Shown: positions 33,243 to 35,519 of the stretch, in pieces
Layout: the number at the start of each line of letters is the position of its first letter
How positions within the stretch are numbered: the stretch's first letter is position 1
Origin: an uncultured Pseudomonadales bacterium
GTDB taxonomy: Bacteria > Patescibacteriota > Microgenomatia > UBA1400 > UBA12108
Length of the DNA stretch: 35,519 nt
Direction of reading: 5' to 3'
Assembly (NCBI GenBank): GCA_964397885.1
Contig: CAYNKT010000002.1
Coordinates: forward strand, 1-35,519
Program-made: the position numbers and the translations under genes
Notes under the pieces: generated by a model
What the model was told of the DNA's origin: nothing
The model's database searches: none
What the model saw: only the letters and a program-made list of their open reading frames with translations

Positions 33243-34040
33243 TTATTTTGCCGTTACGACAAAGACATTGCCTGTCGCGGAGGCGGTGACGGAGTCTCCG
33301 TCGAGAGCGGTCTTGAGTGCGGTCCAGTCTTCCCCACTCCACTCGTGGATCGTTGGCTCCTGGTGCTCTCCTGCTGGGAGCTTGATCTCGATCGTCGCAT
33401 CACCCTTGGGGTCTAGCCCCGTAAAAAAGGCATAGGGCCCTGCAACCAAGTTTCCTGCGGGAATCGCAATAGGCAAGCCAAAGGTTTTCATGGTGACAAC
33501 CACGGTATCTGCTTTGAGGGCTAGTTTGTCGAACATGACACTAAAGCGTGCGTCGGGAGAAGTAAGAACAGGATCACTGGGATCAAAGCGGAGGAAATTC
33601 CACTGTTCTTTGAGCCGAGTCTCTTGGTAGGTAACGGTGAACGAGCCACCTGTCACACCCTCGTGGTAGGTTGTTGCTCCTCCTGCGCTCCTACTGCCTA
33701 GGAGAATGGTTTTTTCGATAGGCTGAACTTCGGAGTCTAGGGTAAGAGTGCCAAGCGCGCCTTCTTGCTTGTCAGTTGCCTGGTAGACCATCTCATACTC
33801 CATACTCCCTTCTTTTGGCGCCCCGCTCACAGATAGGGTAAGGTTACGACCGGAGGTGTCTGGGGTGAGGGTAATAAATGGTCTCTCAGATACGGGAATG
33901 GTGTTAACTGGCAGGTCAACTGCCGCGCTATCGTTATTATTCACGACTTTTTGTTTGGTCAGGAGTTTGACAGATAAAACGATGCCAGAAACAAGCGCAA
34001 GAATGACAATAACTACTATGATGAGGGCAGATTTTTTCAT
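33243..34040 (-). CDS. Hypothetical membrane-anchored extracytoplasmic protein
   Basis: An N-terminal TM/signal anchor (SALIIVVIVILALVSGIVLSV) is followed by a beta-rich, Thr/Gly-rich domain with no motif I recognise. The start shares an ATGA overlap with the glyQS stop. Confidence 0.5.
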   Translation of the reverse strand: MKKSALIIVVIVILALVSGIVLSVKLLTKQKVVNNNDSAAVDLPVNTIPVSERPFITLTPDTSGRNLTLSVSGAPKEGSMEYEMVYQATDKQEGALGTLTLDSEVQPIEKTILLGSRSAGGATTYHEGVTGGSFTVTYQETRLKEQWNFLRFDPSDPVLTSPDARFSVMFDKLALKADTVVVTMKTFGLPIAIPAGNLVAGPYAFFTGLDPKGDATIEIKLPAGEHQEPTIHEWSGEDWTALKTALDGDSVTASATGNVFVVTAK

Positions 34041-35431
34041 CGTAATTTTGTGGCAAGATAACTAGTTAACTTATCTATATTAACACGCTCTTGTTTGGTC
34101 GTGTCGCGATCACGGACGGTGACCATGTTGTCCTCGAGTGACTTATGATCTACCGTGACGCAGAGAGGGGTACCCATCTCGTCTTGGTAGTAATAGCGTT
34201 TGCCGATATTGCCCCTATCGTCCCAAGAGACGCTGAAGTCAGGCTTAAGATTGTCGAATATTTCACGGGCTTTTGCTACCAATTCTTCTTTGTTTTTGAC
34301 GAGCGGGAAAACAGCGACACTGTACGGAGCCAGGCTTGGTGCGAGTTTGAGCACGACACGACTATTTGCTGTGTCATGCCAATATGCGTCACAAAGAACC
34401 ATGAGTACTAACCTATCGATCCCGACGGCAGGCTCGATAACGTGGGGTAAAAATTTACGACCTGAACTAGGATCGGTATAACTAAGATCCTTGCCCGAGA
34501 ACTCCTGATGACGGCCTAGATCGTAGTCGGTGCGGTAAGCAAGCCCCCAGAGCTCCTTAAAACCAAAGGGGAAGTTGTACTCTAGATCCACTGTACGTTT
34601 ACTGTAAAAACTCCGCTCCTTATCGCTATGCTCTCTAACGCGCAGATTCTCTGGTTTTACCCCCAGGGACTTGGTCACGAAGTCCTGCATAATAGTTAGC
34701 CATGACTCAAAAATATCTTCCCATTTGGAACTCTCCGGATCAAAGAAGTATTCGATCTCACCTTGCTCAAATTCGACAGTACGAAAGGTAAATTGGCCCT
34801 TGGTTATCTCGTTACGAAAGCTTTTACCCATCTGCCCTACCCCAAAAGGGAGGCGTACCCGAGAGGAGTCTAGGATATTCTTAAAATTAACAAAGATCCC
34901 CTGGGCAGTCTCCCCGCGCAGATAAGCAAGATCCTTGTCTCCGGCAATTGCACCGATATGAACGGGAAAAAGTTGGTTAAAGAGGCGAGGCTCAGTCAGC
35001 TCAGTGCTGCCACAAACCGGACATTTGATTTTTTCGCTCTTAATAATACTCTCAAGCTCCGCTAGAGATTTGCCTTCTACTTTGATCTCTTGACCCTTTT
35101 TCTCGTAATAATTTTCGATTAGGTGGTCGACGCGGGCTCTATTTTTGCAGTTTTTGCAGTCGAGCATGATGTCGTTAAGTCCGGCGACGTGTCCTGATGC
35201 ATTCCAGATATCTTCTTTACTAATGACGGCTGAGTCGATTCCAACCATGTCGTCTCGGCGAGTAACAAATGTCTCCCACCACAAATCTTTGACCTTTTTC
35301 TTGAGCTCTGCTCCCAATGGTCCATAGTCAAAGGTGTTGGCAAGTCCTCCATAGATCTCACTTCCGGGGAAGACAAATCCTCGGCGTTTGGCGAGACTTA
35401 CTATGTCATTAAGAGTAGTTTGAGGGTTCAT
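34037..35431 (-). CDS. glyQS: Glycine--tRNA ligase (alpha2 homodimeric type)
   Basis: MNPQTTLNDIVSLAKRRGFVFPGSEIYGGLANTFDYGPLGAELKK is the typical GlyQS N-terminus. The class II motifs are FRNEITKGQFTFRTVEFEQGEIEYF and AYRTDYDL, and the C-terminal region is an anticodon-binding domain. Confidence 0.93.
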   Translation of the reverse strand: MNPQTTLNDIVSLAKRRGFVFPGSEIYGGLANTFDYGPLGAELKKKVKDLWWETFVTRRDDMVGIDSAVISKEDIWNASGHVAGLNDIMLDCKNCKNRARVDHLIENYYEKKGQEIKVEGKSLAELESIIKSEKIKCPVCGSTELTEPRLFNQLFPVHIGAIAGDKDLAYLRGETAQGIFVNFKNILDSSRVRLPFGVGQMGKSFRNEITKGQFTFRTVEFEQGEIEYFFDPESSKWEDIFESWLTIMQDFVTKSLGVKPENLRVREHSDKERSFYSKRTVDLEYNFPFGFKELWGLAYRTDYDLGRHQEFSGKDLSYTDPSSGRKFLPHVIEPAVGIDRLVLMVLCDAYWHDTANSRVVLKLAPSLAPYSVAVFPLVKNKEELVAKAREIFDNLKPDFSVSWDDRGNIGKRYYYQDEMGTPLCVTVDHKSLEDNMVTVRDRDTTKQERVNIDKLTSYLATKLR

Positions 35432-35519
35432 CAGATTATTTTAGCACGGAGAGGGCGGGAGAGGAGAGACTCGATATAGTCATCGACTTCTTGGTCGGCA
35501 AGTGCCGTATCCCAATAGC
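35431..35519 (-). CDS. Possible 3' end of an upstream gene running off the window (product unknown)
   Basis: The minus-strand frame reads YWDTALADQEVDDYIESLLSRPLRAKII and stops at a TGA that overlaps the glyQS ATG (TGATG). Only 28 codons are visible. Confidence 0.3.
   Translation of the reverse strand, partial: YWDTALADQEVDDYIESLLSRPLRAKII

Noticed and set aside
35438-35443. TAAAAT box 6 nt upstream of the glyQS ATG as another leaderless promoter
   Set aside because: The box lies inside an apparently coding upstream frame that ends in a TGATG overlap with glyQS. Translational coupling is the simpler explanation, so I did not count it among the leaderless candidates.
1-35519. Alternative genetic code (UGA recoding as in some CPR lineages), CRISPR arrays, prophage or transposon content, or integration at the tRNA-Val
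   Set aside because: - **Genetic code:** TGA terminates several well-supported genes at canonical lengths (ftsW, murD, murI, murE, rsmH).
- **CRISPR:** I saw no spaced direct-repeat array.
- **Mobile elements:** I found no integrase, transposase or phage-like ORFs and no duplicated tRNA 3' segment.

Overview
The window is a gene-dense stretch of bacterial chromosome with about 34 protein genes, almost all on the minus strand. It uses the standard genetic code: TGA, TAA and TAG all act as stops. Proteins are short and the gene content is reduced, which suggests an uncultivated Patescibacteria/CPR-like lineage. That lineage call is inference only.

Core content:
- **15.0-33.1 kb:** a complete but non-canonical division and cell wall (dcw) cluster, in the order mraZ-rsmH-ftsL-ftsI-murE-(GlmU N-domain-only nucleotidyltransferase)-murC-murB-murA-dgkA-mraY-murI-murD-ftsW-murG-ftsQ-ftsA-ftsZ.
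- **Upstream of it (33.2-35.5 kb):** glyQS and a membrane-anchored hypothetical protein.
- **Downstream of it (7.4-14.8 kb):** ileS, a second SEDS gene, rplU, an RNA methyltransferase, rpmA, parB, lepB and tRNA-Val.
- **Left 7 kb (more accessory-looking):** a 5'-truncated C39-like cysteine peptidase-domain protein, a DUF2207 membrane protein with a poly-Gly tail, a small surface-glycan module (SAM methyltransferase, GT4 glycosyltransferase, Wzx-like flippase) and a minimal DEAD-box helicase.

I see no CRISPR array, transposase, integrase, toxin-antitoxin pair or recognisable defence system, so I cannot support a claim of a novel multi-gene system.

The most interesting signals are regulatory and architectural:
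1. A T-box leader upstream of a eukaryote-like (type 2) ileS. It has a textbook antiterminator/terminator switch but a very reduced specifier hairpin.
2. A recurrent (TGn)TAnAAT -10-like box 6-10 nt upstream of the start codon of nearly every gene that follows a spacer. This suggests leaderless sub-operons inside the dcw cluster.
3. MraZ-type direct repeats over the predicted mraZ transcription start.
4. Domain-reduced cell-wall enzymes: a uridyltransferase-only GlmU and a MurE without domain 1. murF and ddl are also missing from the cluster.
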